Assembly: GCA_965206645.1 (NCBI GenBank)
Contig: CBDBKE010000004.1
Location: forward strand, 1,952,001 to 2,016,000
DNA length: 64,000 nucleotides
Direction: 5' to 3'
DNA from: Terriglobia bacterium
GTDB taxonomy: Bacteria; Acidobacteriota; Terriglobia; JAJPHL01; JAPKYU01
The notes below the pieces were generated by a model that was not told the DNA's origin, ran no database searches, and saw only the letters and a program-made list of their open reading frames with translations. Every line of letters starts with the position of its first letter. The stretch's first letter is position 1. This document shows positions 1 to 10,304 of the stretch, piece by piece. Position numbers and translations under genes: made by a program.

Positions 1-527
1 TGGCAACTGAGCCGCGTCATCTTCACCGCCTGCTTGCCTTCCTTGATCCACTGTTCTGCGGTGCCGCGCTTGTTATAGAACCGCACCACCGCCCGATTCG
101 GCAGCGTCAGATTCGTTACAATGAACCCCACTCGCGGGAACAACTCCCCGGAATGATGCTCTACTTTCGCCACCACCCTTCGAGCCGTCTTCCAACCGGC
201 TGCCTGGTACAAGAACCCCTTGTACTCGACCAGCGGTTTCTTGGTGGGCCTTCCCACGGGGCGTTTCAGTAGCTCTTCGATGTCTCGCTGCAGAATATCG
301 TTGGCCGGGATGCGAATTGCGTACTTCACACCCCGTTCCTCCAATGCCTCGTACACCTCCGGCTTGGCAAAGGCCGCGTCCGCCCGAAACGCAATCTCTT
401 TTCCCATTCTTTGCTGGCGCTCAATCTCGGGTAACAGGAGTTTCTCCCAACCCTCGGCACTGTGCACGTTGCCCGGCCGCAGCTTCGCCGCCAGGCAATC
501 GCCTTGCTGGTTGAACAGCAGCAGCGG
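1..527 (-). pseudogene. IS1380-family transposase fragment (divergent paralogue of 997..2325)
   Basis: Reverse strand reads PLLLFNQQGDCLAAKLRPGNVHSAEGWEKLL...FRADAAFAKPE...YNKRGTAEQWIKEGKQ; 5' part cut by the IS3 end at 528. Confidence 0.9.
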
Positions 528-805
528 TGACCAGACCGATTTTTTGTACCAACCGTAGTGAGAGTTTACATCGCAGCCTGGGGCTGTGAAACTGGTTTCA
601 GTGGCAGGGGAGGGCTATAGGCCCCCGGCGCCGGGGGCCTATAGCCGAGCGCCGAGTGCGGCCGCACCGTGTTGTATTGCACCCTCCACTGTTCAATCAG
701 CACCTGTGCCTCCTTCAACGAGTAGAAGATCTCTCCATTCAGGCATTCGTCCCGCAGCTTCCCATTGAAACTCTCGCAGTACCCGTTCTCCCAGGGACTG
801 CCCGG
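528..805 (-). mobile_element. IS3-family right-end fragment (orfB C-terminus)
   Basis: Begins TGACCAGACCGATTTTTTGTACC, matching the right end of the IS3 at 18496..19745; encodes PGSPWENGYCESFNGKLRDE. Confidence 0.93.
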
Positions 806-890
806 TGACCTGACCGGCACTTTTTGTACCAAGTGGAAAGAGAGAGAATCCACTTGAGGAGGAAGTGAGGTCATGCCGACAAGGAATGAC
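806..890 (+). mobile_element. IS3-family left end and first codons of orfA; continues at 9621
   Basis: TGACCTGACCGGCACTTTTTGTACC...ATGCCGACAAGGAATGAC, then interrupted by IS1380. Confidence 0.9.
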
Positions 891-2549
891 CCCGGATTTC
901 CTTTATGAACTATCGGCGGCAACCTTCTGAATGACTCCAACGTCAGTATTGATGCGGGTTCCAGCATCAACATTGCCTTCCGGAGGTGTACACCGAATGG
1001 GTGAGAGCCAAAAACAGGCGTTTCAACTGTCATTCAACCGGTTTCTGCGGGTCACATTTCAGGGATCGCGAATCACTTCCGACGGCGGTCTGATTGTGGT
1101 GCGCGAGTTGGACGAACGTTTGGGGTTCGGCGAACTTATCGAACAGCACTTGATCGACTCTCGGGGGAAGAACACCCGGTTGCCCCTCGCTGACTTGCTG
1201 CGGCAGTCCATCTACAGCCGCTTGGCAGGATACGAAGACGTCAACGACGCCGAGCGGCTTTCCCAAGATCCGACGTTCCGGCTGATCGGTTCGGAGAAGA
1301 TCTGGGAACGTGGCGCAGCCCTGACTTCCCGGTTACAGTCGTTCGAGACAGAACTGCTGACGCAAGACGAGAACCTTGCTGGTTTGGCAGCGATCAACCG
1401 GGATTTGATCGCCAGGGCGGAAGCTATGGATGCGCCGCGCCGGGTGGTGCTGGACATGGACAGCACCGAGATCCCGGTCTACGGCGAACAGGAGCAGAGC
1501 GCCTACAACGGGCATTTCGAGTCGAGTTGCTATCACCCGTTGTTGCTGTTCAGTCGCGAGGGTGACTGTCTGGCGGCCAAGCTGCGACCCGGCAACGTGC
1601 ACAGCGCCGAGGATTGGGAAGAACTTCTCCTGCCAGAGATCGAACGGCAGCAGAAGCTGGGCAAGGAAGTGGTGTTTCGCGCCGACGCCGCCTTCGCCAA
1701 GCCGGAGATCTACGACGCACTGGAGGAGCGGGACGTGAAGTATGCGATTCGCATCCCGGCCAACGACAGTCTGGAGAGGGACATCGCGGAGTTGTTGACG
1801 CGGCCAGTGGGGCGACCGAGCCACAAGCCGGTGGTCTGGTACAAGAGCTTTCTCTACCAGGCAGCCAGTTGGAAAAAGGCGCGGCGGGTGGTGGCGAAGG
1901 TGGAGTTCCACTTTGGCGAACTGTTCCCTCGCGTGGGGTTCATCGTCACCAATCTGGAGACCGACAGCCGGGCGGTGGTCCGGTTCTACAACAAGCGGGG
2001 CACCGCAGAGCAATGGATCAAGGAAGGCAAGCAGGCGGTAAAGATGACCCGGCTGAGTTGCCATCGGTTTCGGTCGAACGAGGTGCGCCTATGGCTGAGC
2101 CTGATCGCCTACAACTTGGGAAACCTGTGGCGGCGGCTGGTGCTACCGAAGAGGATCAACAACTGGTCGCTGACGAGTTTGCAGCAGCGGCTGGTGAAAA
2201 CGGGCGGACGGCTGGTGAAACATGCGCGATATTACTGGCTTTTGCTGGCCGAAGGGCACTTGAGCCGGAGGCTGTTCAGCAGCATGCTGCGAACGATCTC
2301 GGCACTGCCGCTGCCAGACGGCTAGCGACCCAGGAGAGAGGGTAATTTTAGGTGCTCAGAAGTGGTCGGGCCGGACAAGTGTCAGCGGCGAGGCAGGCTG
2401 GGCAGGCGAAACCCGCACAGCGACTCCGAAGAACAGCCAAAATGTGCCGCACTACCACCTCAAAGAGGCCCGGGCGATTTGCGATTGACACGACAGGGTA
2501 AGAGGCATAGGTTTTCGGGTGAAGGTGAAGCTCAAAATGGAAATTCCGG
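891..2549 (+). mobile_element. IS1380-family insertion sequence, copy 1
   Basis: Left IR CCCGGATTTCC, imperfect right IR GGAAATTCCGG; near-identical copy at 31854..34438. Confidence 0.9.
997..2325 (+). CDS. IS1380-family DDE transposase
   Basis: ITSDGGL, GYEDVNDA, VLDMDST, FRADAAF and YNKRGTAEQWIKEGK motifs; GGAGG before ATG 997 (ORF track starts at 931). Confidence 0.93.
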   Translation: MGESQKQAFQLSFNRFLRVTFQGSRITSDGGLIVVRELDERLGFGELIEQHLIDSRGKNTRLPLADLLRQSIYSRLAGYEDVNDAERLSQDPTFRLIGSEKIWERGAALTSRLQSFETELLTQDENLAGLAAINRDLIARAEAMDAPRRVVLDMDSTEIPVYGEQEQSAYNGHFESSCYHPLLLFSREGDCLAAKLRPGNVHSAEDWEELLLPEIERQQKLGKEVVFRADAAFAKPEIYDALEERDVKYAIRIPANDSLERDIAELLTRPVGRPSHKPVVWYKSFLYQAASWKKARRVVAKVEFHFGELFPRVGFIVTNLETDSRAVVRFYNKRGTAEQWIKEGKQAVKMTRLSCHRFRSNEVRLWLSLIAYNLGNLWRRLVLPKRINNWSLTSLQQRLVKTGGRLVKHARYYWLLLAEGHLSRRLFSSMLRTISALPLPDG

Positions 2550-2603
2550 ATAATATGAGTCAACAGGACCTTCTTGGCTTTCTAGCCGTTGGAGTGCGAC
2601 TTC

Positions 2604-3284
2604 ATGAGAGCTCATTACTTGCAGCACGTTCCATTCGAAGGACTCGGCAGCATCGAGTCATGGCTCCGCTCAGCCCGATATGAGATAACGCGCACCCCGT
2701 TCTTCGAATCGACCGATCTGCCTGCGGCCCGAAAGGTCGACTTCGTGACCGTGATGGGCGGTCCCATGAGCGTGAATGATGACACCCGGCATCCCTGGCT
2801 GGTGGACGAGAAACGTTTCATTCGCGACTGCATCCAGACGGGGAAGCCGGTTCTAGGCGTGTGTCTCGGCGCCCAACTGATTGCCAGCGCTATGGGTGCC
2901 AAGGTCTATCCGAACCCCGCGAAGGAGATCGGCTGGTTTCCCGTCGAAGCGGCGTCCTCGGACAACGAGTTTGGCTTGCCTTCCGCTATAACAGTGCTCC
3001 ACTGGCACGGCGAAACGTTCGATTTGCCGGATGGTGCGCGATTGCTGGCCAGGAGCGAAGCCTGTGAAAACCAGGCGTTCCAGTTTGGGAACCGGGTGCT
3101 GGGTCTTCAGTTTCATCTGGAAACCACACCCGATGCGGCCCGGCAGCTTGTCGAACACTGTCGGGGAGAGCTGCTGCCGTCAAAGTACGTGCAGTCCGAG
3201 GAGGAGATTCTTGCGGCACCGGCCGAAAGGTATCAGACGATCAACAATCTGATGGCTCAGATACTGTTCCGACTGAATGGTTAG
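2604..3284 (+). CDS. Class I glutamine amidotransferase (GMP-synthase-like GATase1)
   Basis: LQHVPFEGLG, MGGPMSV, GVCLGAQL (catalytic Cys), LQFHLE (His-Glu). Confidence 0.92.
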   Translation: MRAHYLQHVPFEGLGSIESWLRSARYEITRTPFFESTDLPAARKVDFVTVMGGPMSVNDDTRHPWLVDEKRFIRDCIQTGKPVLGVCLGAQLIASAMGAKVYPNPAKEIGWFPVEAASSDNEFGLPSAITVLHWHGETFDLPDGARLLARSEACENQAFQFGNRVLGLQFHLETTPDAARQLVEHCRGELLPSKYVQSEEEILAAPAERYQTINNLMAQILFRLNG

Positions 3285-3995
3285 TAGGACACGAAAGACG
3301 GAACCTTGGCTTTTCCTGAGTCGATTGCTCCGGCCTTCCCGGAAACATCTCTCTCCGACACCAACGGACGAAGAAGAACCGTACACGGTTATGGAAGTTC
3401 TGCAGCTCCTTCGGGTTAAGCAGCGGCCGGACGCATCACTACCTTATATGCATCTTTGGAGAGGTCATGTTCAGCTAAAGAGCCGCCTCGATCCGGTTTT
3501 CGTGGATCTCGGCTAATACCAGTGTCAAGTGTCAATTGACCTTTAATAGATTCGGGCCGTAAAGTTGTTACAGGTTAAGTCATCCCTGTCGCCAGCCCGA
3601 GGATCCTCTCCGGCGGTGCCCATCGGGTTCTGGAGACGCTTGGGTTCGAGGGAGAGTATTCAAGACCATGGTTGCCCACTTTGCAACCGCCACGCTTGTC
3701 AGTTTCGGGAACGGAATGGCATCGTCAGCGGTGAGAGCGTGCCCTTCTTCCCGCCGCACCTCGGGCAGTTCGATGCCTTGGCTGGAGAGCTAGCCGAAGG
3801 AAACACTTTTTGTCCGGGTGTACTTGAACAGGCGGTTGACCACGTTGCGGATATGCACGGCGGTCTGCACTCTGTAACCCTCGCCGAGCTTGCAGTTGAA
3901 TGGATAGGGGCTGCTATAATCGGGGAGGCCTCAAAGCGACGGTACCGTGACGAGCCTGTTTCTCAGCGTTTTCCGGTCATGCAAGGAGTGAAGCC

Positions 3996-5432
3996 ATGAA
4001 CTTCGAGGAATTCCAGCGGATTCAAACGCGGCGCAGTTTTTTCCGGGACTGCGTGGGTGGCTTGGGCTCGATTGCTCTATGGCACTTGCTGGCCTGCGAA
4101 GGGTGGGCGGGAAGCACTGGGGAAGCGGCACCGAACGCCAATCCTCTGACGGTCAAGCCGCCCCATTTTCCGGCCAAGGCCAAGAACGTCATACTTCTGT
4201 ACATGGACGGCGGCCCAAGCCAAATCGATCTGTTCGATCCCAAGCCGGAGATGAAGAAATGGGAGGGCCAATCTCTGCCGCCTTCCATGACCAAGGATTT
4301 GAAATTGGCCTTCATCAAGCCGACGGCCAAAGTTTGGGCGAGCCCGCGCACGTTCCGGCGCTGCGGGCAAAGCGGCATTGAGTTTTCGGATTGGATGCCT
4401 CACCTTGCGAACCATGCCGACGACATGTGCATGATCCGCTCGATGTACACGGAGCAGTTCAACCACCACCCCGCCCAGTTAATGCTCCAGAGCGGAACGG
4501 CGCTGGTGGGGCGCCCCACGATGGGCGCGTGGGCACTCTACGGACTGGGAAGCGAGTCCGACAGCCTGCCGGGTTTCGTCGTGCTGCGAACGGGATCGGT
4601 TTCCCCCGGCGCGGGCAGCGGGAATTGGTCGAGCGGATTCCTGCCATCCACCTACGCGGGCGTTCCCTTCCGCAGTAGTGGTGACCCGGTCCTCTACCTG
4701 TCCAACCCAGGAGGCGTTACTCAAGAGCTGCAACGATCTACCCTCGACGGGCTCCGCGATCTAAACGAGATGCGCCACCTGGAAACCGGGAATGTGGAAA
4801 TCGCTTCTCGCATCGCTTCCTACGAGCTGGCGTTCCGAATGCAGATGGCGGCTCCGGAACTGGCGGACCTCTCCAAAGAGTCGCCCAGCACGCTGGAGAT
4901 GTACGGCGTGAACAAGAAACCGACCAAGGTCTTCGGCACCAACTGCCTGCTGGCCAGGCGGTTAGTCGAGCGCGGGGTTCGGTTTGTGCAGTTGATGCAC
5001 GGGAGTTGGGACCACCATGCCAGTCTCCTTAAGGGTCTCAAGGAGAACTGCGACATCATTGACCAGCCGATTGCCGCATTGCTGAAGGACCTGAAGCAGC
5101 GCGGTTTGCTGGACTCCACGTTGGTCATCTGGGGAGGAGAGTTTGGGCGTACTCCTCTGGTGCAGGACACGAACCCGGAGGAGGGCGGCGAGGGGCGCGA
5201 CCACCATCCGTTTGCTTTCACCATGTGGATGGCCGGAGGGGGCGTCAAGAGCGGGCAGATCGTCGGGCGAACGGACGACCTAGGCCTGCAGATCGTCGAG
5301 GACAAGATCCATATCCACGACCTGCATGCCACCATCCTGCACTGCCTGGGGCTCGATCACAAGCGATTGGTTTTCGATGATTTGCGGCTCACCACCCTTG
5401 GCGGCGAAGTGGTGCATAAGTTGTTGGCATAG
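3996..5432 (+). CDS. DUF1501 domain protein (sulfatase-like)
   Basis: RRSFF N-terminus, MDGGPSQIDLFDPKP, ARRLVERGVRFVQL, WGGEFGRTP, GRDHHP. Confidence 0.93.
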   Translation: MNFEEFQRIQTRRSFFRDCVGGLGSIALWHLLACEGWAGSTGEAAPNANPLTVKPPHFPAKAKNVILLYMDGGPSQIDLFDPKPEMKKWEGQSLPPSMTKDLKLAFIKPTAKVWASPRTFRRCGQSGIEFSDWMPHLANHADDMCMIRSMYTEQFNHHPAQLMLQSGTALVGRPTMGAWALYGLGSESDSLPGFVVLRTGSVSPGAGSGNWSSGFLPSTYAGVPFRSSGDPVLYLSNPGGVTQELQRSTLDGLRDLNEMRHLETGNVEIASRIASYELAFRMQMAAPELADLSKESPSTLEMYGVNKKPTKVFGTNCLLARRLVERGVRFVQLMHGSWDHHASLLKGLKENCDIIDQPIAALLKDLKQRGLLDSTLVIWGGEFGRTPLVQDTNPEEGGEGRDHHPFAFTMWMAGGGVKSGQIVGRTDDLGLQIVEDKIHIHDLHATILHCLGLDHKRLVFDDLRLTTLGGEVVHKLLA

Positions 5433-5437
5433 GAGTT

Positions 5438-6665
5438 GCCAGCTCAACCGGTCGATGCAACACAAGCGTTAAATCGTTCTGCCGGAGTTTCAAACTCCAG
5501 CGTCTGACGGGGCCGTTCGTTCAGCTGACGTGCCACCTTGTTCAGATGCGCCTGAGAGTGCACCGACAAGTCCGTTCCCTTGGGGAAGTACTGTCGGAGT
5601 AGACCGTTGGTGTTCTCATTCGAACCGCGCTGCCATGGACTCTGAGGATCACAGAAGTATACGTCAATGTCGGTCGCCAACGTGAACCGTCGATGCTCGG
5701 CGAGCTCCAGGCCTCGATCCCAAGTCAGAGATTTGTACAGTTCCGTCGGCAGCTTCTTCGCGTGCTTGATGAGCGCCGACACGACCGTCTCCGTTTTCTT
5801 GCTGGATACTTTCGTAAGCATCACGTAGCGCGTATGACGTTCGACCAGAGTCGCAATGTGGCTGTTCTTCGATCCGGACAGCAGATCGCCTTCCCAATGA
5901 CCGGGCACGGCACGATCTTCGACCGAGGCCGGGCGCTCACGGATCGATACGATGTCGGTGATCTGTCCTCGTCCATGGCCTCTCAGACTTGCATGTCGGG
6001 ATCGACGAATCGTCCGCTTTGACCGCAGATGCTGCATCAGCTCTGCCTTCAGCGCACCGCGGGCTTGAACAAACAGGCTGCGGTAGATGGTCTCGTGAGA
6101 CACGTGATAGGACGGATCCTTCGGATAGGCTCGTTTCAGCCAGCTGGCGATCTGCTCAGGCGACCAGTTTATGCTGAGCTTTCTGGCCACTACCCGTCGT
6201 AGTTGTGGATGCTTGACCAGCTGACACCGCTTCGGCCGGCGGGCCCTCTCCCCGGCTTGCTCATCGGCCTCCGCTGCTCGATAGTCATTATCGCCGCCAT
6301 TCCGCCGAATCTCCCGGCTCACCGTCGATGGTGAGCGACCCAGCAACCCGGCGATGGATCGTATCGATTGATGTGCCGCAATGCCTCGAGAGATCTCTTC
6401 GCGCTCCGACAACGTCAGTGCCCAACATGAACGGCGTGGTGGCCGAGGACGGATGCCTCCGTACGGAGCAAGCTGATGGTAAACAGACGATGGCTGCTTA
6501 CAAAACACTCGTCCAATCGACTTGAGCGACTCCCCTCGTTTCCACCGATCCCACACCTCCTCCAGTTCCGCCAGCGTGTAACCGCGACGAGCTCTTTGCT
6601 TCATCCGCATACACTCCACCTCCTCCTTTCAAGGCAAAGTGTTGCGTCGATGGGTTGAGACCACC
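5438..6665 (-). mobile_element. IS30-family insertion sequence
   Basis: IRs CTCAACCGGTCGATGCAACAC / CTCAACCCATCGACGCAACAC; flanked by a GT(T) direct repeat (5435-5437, 6666-6668). Confidence 0.9.
5444..6619 (-). CDS. IS30-family transposase
   Basis: RSPSTVSREIRRN, WSPEQI, VSHETIY, GHWEGDL, PWQRGSNENTNGLLRQYFPK. Confidence 0.96.
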   Translation of the reverse strand: MECMRMKQRARRGYTLAELEEVWDRWKRGESLKSIGRVFCKQPSSVYHQLAPYGGIRPRPPRRSCWALTLSEREEISRGIAAHQSIRSIAGLLGRSPSTVSREIRRNGGDNDYRAAEADEQAGERARRPKRCQLVKHPQLRRVVARKLSINWSPEQIASWLKRAYPKDPSYHVSHETIYRSLFVQARGALKAELMQHLRSKRTIRRSRHASLRGHGRGQITDIVSIRERPASVEDRAVPGHWEGDLLSGSKNSHIATLVERHTRYVMLTKVSSKKTETVVSALIKHAKKLPTELYKSLTWDRGLELAEHRRFTLATDIDVYFCDPQSPWQRGSNENTNGLLRQYFPKGTDLSVHSQAHLNKVARQLNERPRQTLEFETPAERFNACVASTG

Positions 6666-6675
6666 GTTCATTCTC

Positions 6676-9285
6676 ATGTTCGGACGCGTTTTTGCATCCA
6701 GCGTTGCGGTCCTTTTCCTTCCGGGAATTCCTTACGTCCCCCAGTTGGCCGAGGAAGTAGACATCCAGGCTCTGCCTCCTGCGGCAAAGAGCCAGGCTGA
6801 TTTTTCGCGGGACGTCGAGCCGCTGTTTCGGGAGAGGTGCTACACCTGCCATGGTCCGCAGCAGCAGATGAGCGGGCTTCGTCTGGACAGCAAGGCGGCC
6901 GCGCTGGCCGGAGGTTACTCGGGGCCGGTGATCAAGCCTGGCAACAGTGCCGAAAGCAAGCTGATCCACCTGGTCGCGGGGCTAAAAAAAGATCTGATCA
7001 TGCCCATGGGGGAGGAACGGCTCACCCCGGAGCAGGTGGATTTGCTGCGCGCGTGGATCGACCAGGGAGCGGAGTGGCCCGAAGAGGGCGCGGCTGCGAA
7101 GGAACTCCTGGAAGCGAAGAGCACGCATTGGGCGTTCCGTCCGCTGCAACGCCTTTCGCCTCCCAAGGTGCGCAACCAGGCGTGGGTTCGCAATCCCATT
7201 GACGCGTTTATCCTGGCCAAGCTCGAGGCCGAGGGCATCGAGCCGTCGGACGAAGCAGATCGGGCGACCTTGATCCGGCGGCTGAGTTTCGATCTCACCG
7301 GTTTACCTCCGACCCCGGAGGAAGTAGCCCAGTTCCTGGCTGACCAGCGCCTGGGTGCATATGAGCGGCTAGTGGAGCGCCTGTTGGCCTCCCCTCACTA
7401 CGGAGAGAGATGGGCGCGGCAGTGGCTCGACTTAGCGCATTATGCCGACAGCGACGGGTATGAAAAGGACAATCTACGGCCGCATGCCTGGCAATGGCGC
7501 GATTGGGTGATTCAGGCTCTGAACCGCAACATGCGTTTCGACCAGTTCACCGTCGAGCAAATCGCGGGAGACTTATTGCCCAATGCCACGATGCAACACA
7601 GGATTGCCACCGGGTTTCTGCGTAACACCCTGACCAACCGGGAAGGGGGGATCAACAAGGAAGAAGATCGCGTGAAACAGGTGGTGGATCGGACCTCAAC
7701 GGTGGGGACCGTCTGGATTGGCGTGACGATGGGTTGTGCGGTCTGTCACGATCACAAATACGATCCAATCACTCAGAAAGACTTTCATCAATTGTCTGCG
7801 TTTTTCAACACCGCCATGGAGAAGGATATTGAGGCGCCCCGTCCATGGGAATTGGGCGCGTACCTGCAAGGCAGGGCAGCGTACGACAAGAAGAGAAAAG
7901 CATTGCTGGAGGAATATAAAGTCGAAGAATACCAGCCGGACTGGGAACGGAAAGTGCTGCTGGCCGCGGCAAGTCCGGGTGTGGATCCTCCCTATGACAG
8001 CTCCTGGAGCAGTTTGGAAATCGAACTCGACGGCGGGCAGGAGATAGTGAAGCTCGACCCTGCCCTACGAACGCCGAAGCAAAGGGATAAGCTGACCTAC
8101 CATTTCGTCCGGTTTTCGGGAGAACCGTTTGGCGAAATGAAGTACAAGGAACTGAAGTTTAAGGAACTCAAGGGCAAGTTGGATGCGCTGAAGCAAGAGT
8201 ATCCAGGACTGAGCGAAGCTCAAATTCTGGTCGAGAATCCTGATCCTCCCAAGACACACATTTTAATCCGAGGCGAATACACCAATCCTGGGATTGAAGT
8301 CCGACCTGACGTACCGGCAGTTTTGACCTCCATTTCCAATGGCTCAACTCCTACCCGGCTCACCCTCGCCCGGTGGCTGGTTGCGAAGGACAATCCCCTA
8401 ACGGCGCGCGTTTGGGTCAACCGTGCCTGGCAGGAATTCTTTGGCCGCGGGCTGGTGGAAACTTCGGGAGATTTCGGCACGCAAGGAACCCAGCCCACGC
8501 ATCCGGAACTGCTGGATTGGCTGGCGACCGAATTCATGGGTAATGGCTGGAACATGAAGGGGATGCACAGGCTCATGGTGGAGTCGGCCACCTACCGCCA
8601 GTCCGCGAAGATGAGAGATGATTTACAGGAGCGCGATGCTCATAACAAGTTGCTTGCCCGCCAGACGCATCTCCGGCTGCCAGCAGAATCGATCCGCGAT
8701 GCGGCACTGGCGGCCAGCGGGTTGCTGAATCGAACGATCGGGGGGAAGAGCACCCGTCCGCCCCTGCCGCCGGGTGTGATGGAGTTGGGCTTTTGGGGTA
8801 CGGGCAAATGGAAGGAGAGTACCGGAGCGGACCGTTACCGGCGGGGTCTTTACACGATGTTCGTGCGCACCACACCGTACCCGCAGTTGGTCAACTTTGA
8901 CGCGCCGGAGTCTCTGCTGTCCTGCACCCAGCGAGAGCGGTCCACCACGCCGCTGCAGGCGCTGAACCTTCTCAACGATCCGGTATTTGTCGAAGCAGCG
9001 CAGGTGATGGCCGTCAGGATTCTGCGGGAGGAACGAGGCAGCTGGGAGGACCGGCTGAATTACGCCTTCCGGCTTTCCCTGGGTCGAGATCCCCAACCGC
9101 AGGAAAAAGATCGCCTGGCTGGCTACTACCAGCAGCAGAGGCAGCTTCTGGAGAAACAAACAGAGTTGGCAGACAGCTTATTCCCCGCAATCGAGATAGA
9201 AGGGGTTGACCCTTTGGAGGCAGCGGCCTGGTTTGGGGTTTGTCGACTTCTGCTGAATCTGGATGAATTTATCACCAGGAGTTAA
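6676..9285 (+). CDS. PSD1 / planctomycete cytochrome c domain protein (DUF1549 + DUF1553)
   Basis: CYTCH and CAVCH haem motifs, HWAF, NPIDAFI, RRLSFDLTGLPP, NPLTARVWVNR, TPLQALNLLN; usual partner of DUF1501. Confidence 0.93.
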   Translation: MFGRVFASSVAVLFLPGIPYVPQLAEEVDIQALPPAAKSQADFSRDVEPLFRERCYTCHGPQQQMSGLRLDSKAAALAGGYSGPVIKPGNSAESKLIHLVAGLKKDLIMPMGEERLTPEQVDLLRAWIDQGAEWPEEGAAAKELLEAKSTHWAFRPLQRLSPPKVRNQAWVRNPIDAFILAKLEAEGIEPSDEADRATLIRRLSFDLTGLPPTPEEVAQFLADQRLGAYERLVERLLASPHYGERWARQWLDLAHYADSDGYEKDNLRPHAWQWRDWVIQALNRNMRFDQFTVEQIAGDLLPNATMQHRIATGFLRNTLTNREGGINKEEDRVKQVVDRTSTVGTVWIGVTMGCAVCHDHKYDPITQKDFHQLSAFFNTAMEKDIEAPRPWELGAYLQGRAAYDKKRKALLEEYKVEEYQPDWERKVLLAAASPGVDPPYDSSWSSLEIELDGGQEIVKLDPALRTPKQRDKLTYHFVRFSGEPFGEMKYKELKFKELKGKLDALKQEYPGLSEAQILVENPDPPKTHILIRGEYTNPGIEVRPDVPAVLTSISNGSTPTRLTLARWLVAKDNPLTARVWVNRAWQEFFGRGLVETSGDFGTQGTQPTHPELLDWLATEFMGNGWNMKGMHRLMVESATYRQSAKMRDDLQERDAHNKLLARQTHLRLPAESIRDAALAASGLLNRTIGGKSTRPPLPPGVMELGFWGTGKWKESTGADRYRRGLYTMFVRTTPYPQLVNFDAPESLLSCTQRERSTTPLQALNLLNDPVFVEAAQVMAVRILREERGSWEDRLNYAFRLSLGRDPQPQEKDRLAGYYQQQRQLLEKQTELADSLFPAIEIEGVDPLEAAAWFGVCRLLLNLDEFITRS

Positions 9286-9343
9286 TTCTTTCTAGTGGAT
9301 CGAGCCGGCCTAACATTCCAGACGGTCCAGCAGTCACTTGGCG

Positions 9344-9445
9344 ACGGTCGTTGAAGCAAATCACGGCGAGACCGAGAGCCACGTGAGCTTCCTGGCACGG
9401 GGAAGTGGGTACACCCTGTTCTTGACCGCCACCGAAGCCGTGCAG
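9344..9445 (+). pseudogene. Fragment resembling the N-terminal domain of SBBP-repeat proteins
   Basis: EANHGETESHVSFLARGSGYTLFLTATEAV resembles the FEANxGQTD..VxFLARGxGYTLFLT motif. Confidence 0.5.
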
Positions 9446-9620
9446 TCTTTGAGTTCACCCCAAAGCTCGCAAGACTCCCAGCAGCAGCCAAACAGTTTTC
9501 GCTCTCATCTTGCTGGCCTCCCTTCCCGAAAAGAGCTTGGGTAAGCGATCTAGCACTTGCCAGCAATGATAGACCGCTTGGCAAGGCCGGATAGCATCGG
9601 TTGTCTTGGTGGTGATTCCT

Positions 9621-9855
9621 AATGACAAGCCGGAGCAGATTGTAGCGGTGCTACGGCAGATAGAAGTGCAGATGGGGAACGGGAAGACTGCGCCCCAAGC
9701 CTGCAAAGAAGCCGGAATCCACACCCAGAGCTACTACCGGTGGCGGAAGGAATATGGCGGGCTGAAGCTGGATCAGGCGAAACGGCTGAAGGAATTGGAG
9801 AAGGAAAACGCTCGCCTGAAGCGACTGGTCGCGAAGCTGTCGCTGGAGAAGCAGG
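9621..9855 (+). pseudogene. IS3 orfA fragment (continuation of 806..890)
   Basis: NDKPEQIVAVLRQIEVQMGNGKTAPQACKEAGIH...LEKQ, then homology stops. Confidence 0.9.
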
Positions 9856-10304
9856 CTGGCGTCTTCCACGGTTTTCTCCCAACTCTTTCCTCTCATTGTC
9901 CTTACACGGTTTTGGGGCGTCTGCTTTCGCTCGCAACGCCTACGCCTAGCCCGCTTGATGGGCGAGTTTATTGACGGTTTCTTGACGGTAGTTGCTGTCA
10001 CGACCATGCTCTACTGGCTGTGCAGCTTGTTGTCGAGCGCGATCCAGTCGTTGCGATACCAGCGCTTAATGGCCTCCACCTGCTCCCGTAACTCGCTCCC
10101 CGGTGCCGGACCTGAGGTGCTTCCTCAATCAATTGTTGTTGGGGAAATTGTAATCAGTCCTTATTGTATGCCTGCGTAGGTCCAACCCCTTATGCGCTCG
10201 ATTTTGTCGAGCGGGATCTCATAGGTGGTTCTCGGAACTCATCGTGAACAGAGAGTGGCATTGGCCGCTCCTGGACGCCCGAGCAGCCGTGGGAAGCAGC
10301 GCTA

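Noticed and set aside
3565-3999. 144-aa plus-strand ORF
   Set aside because: No motif. The opposite strand reads VQTAVHIRNVV..ELPEVRREEGHALT, perhaps a decayed integrase, but too weak to call.
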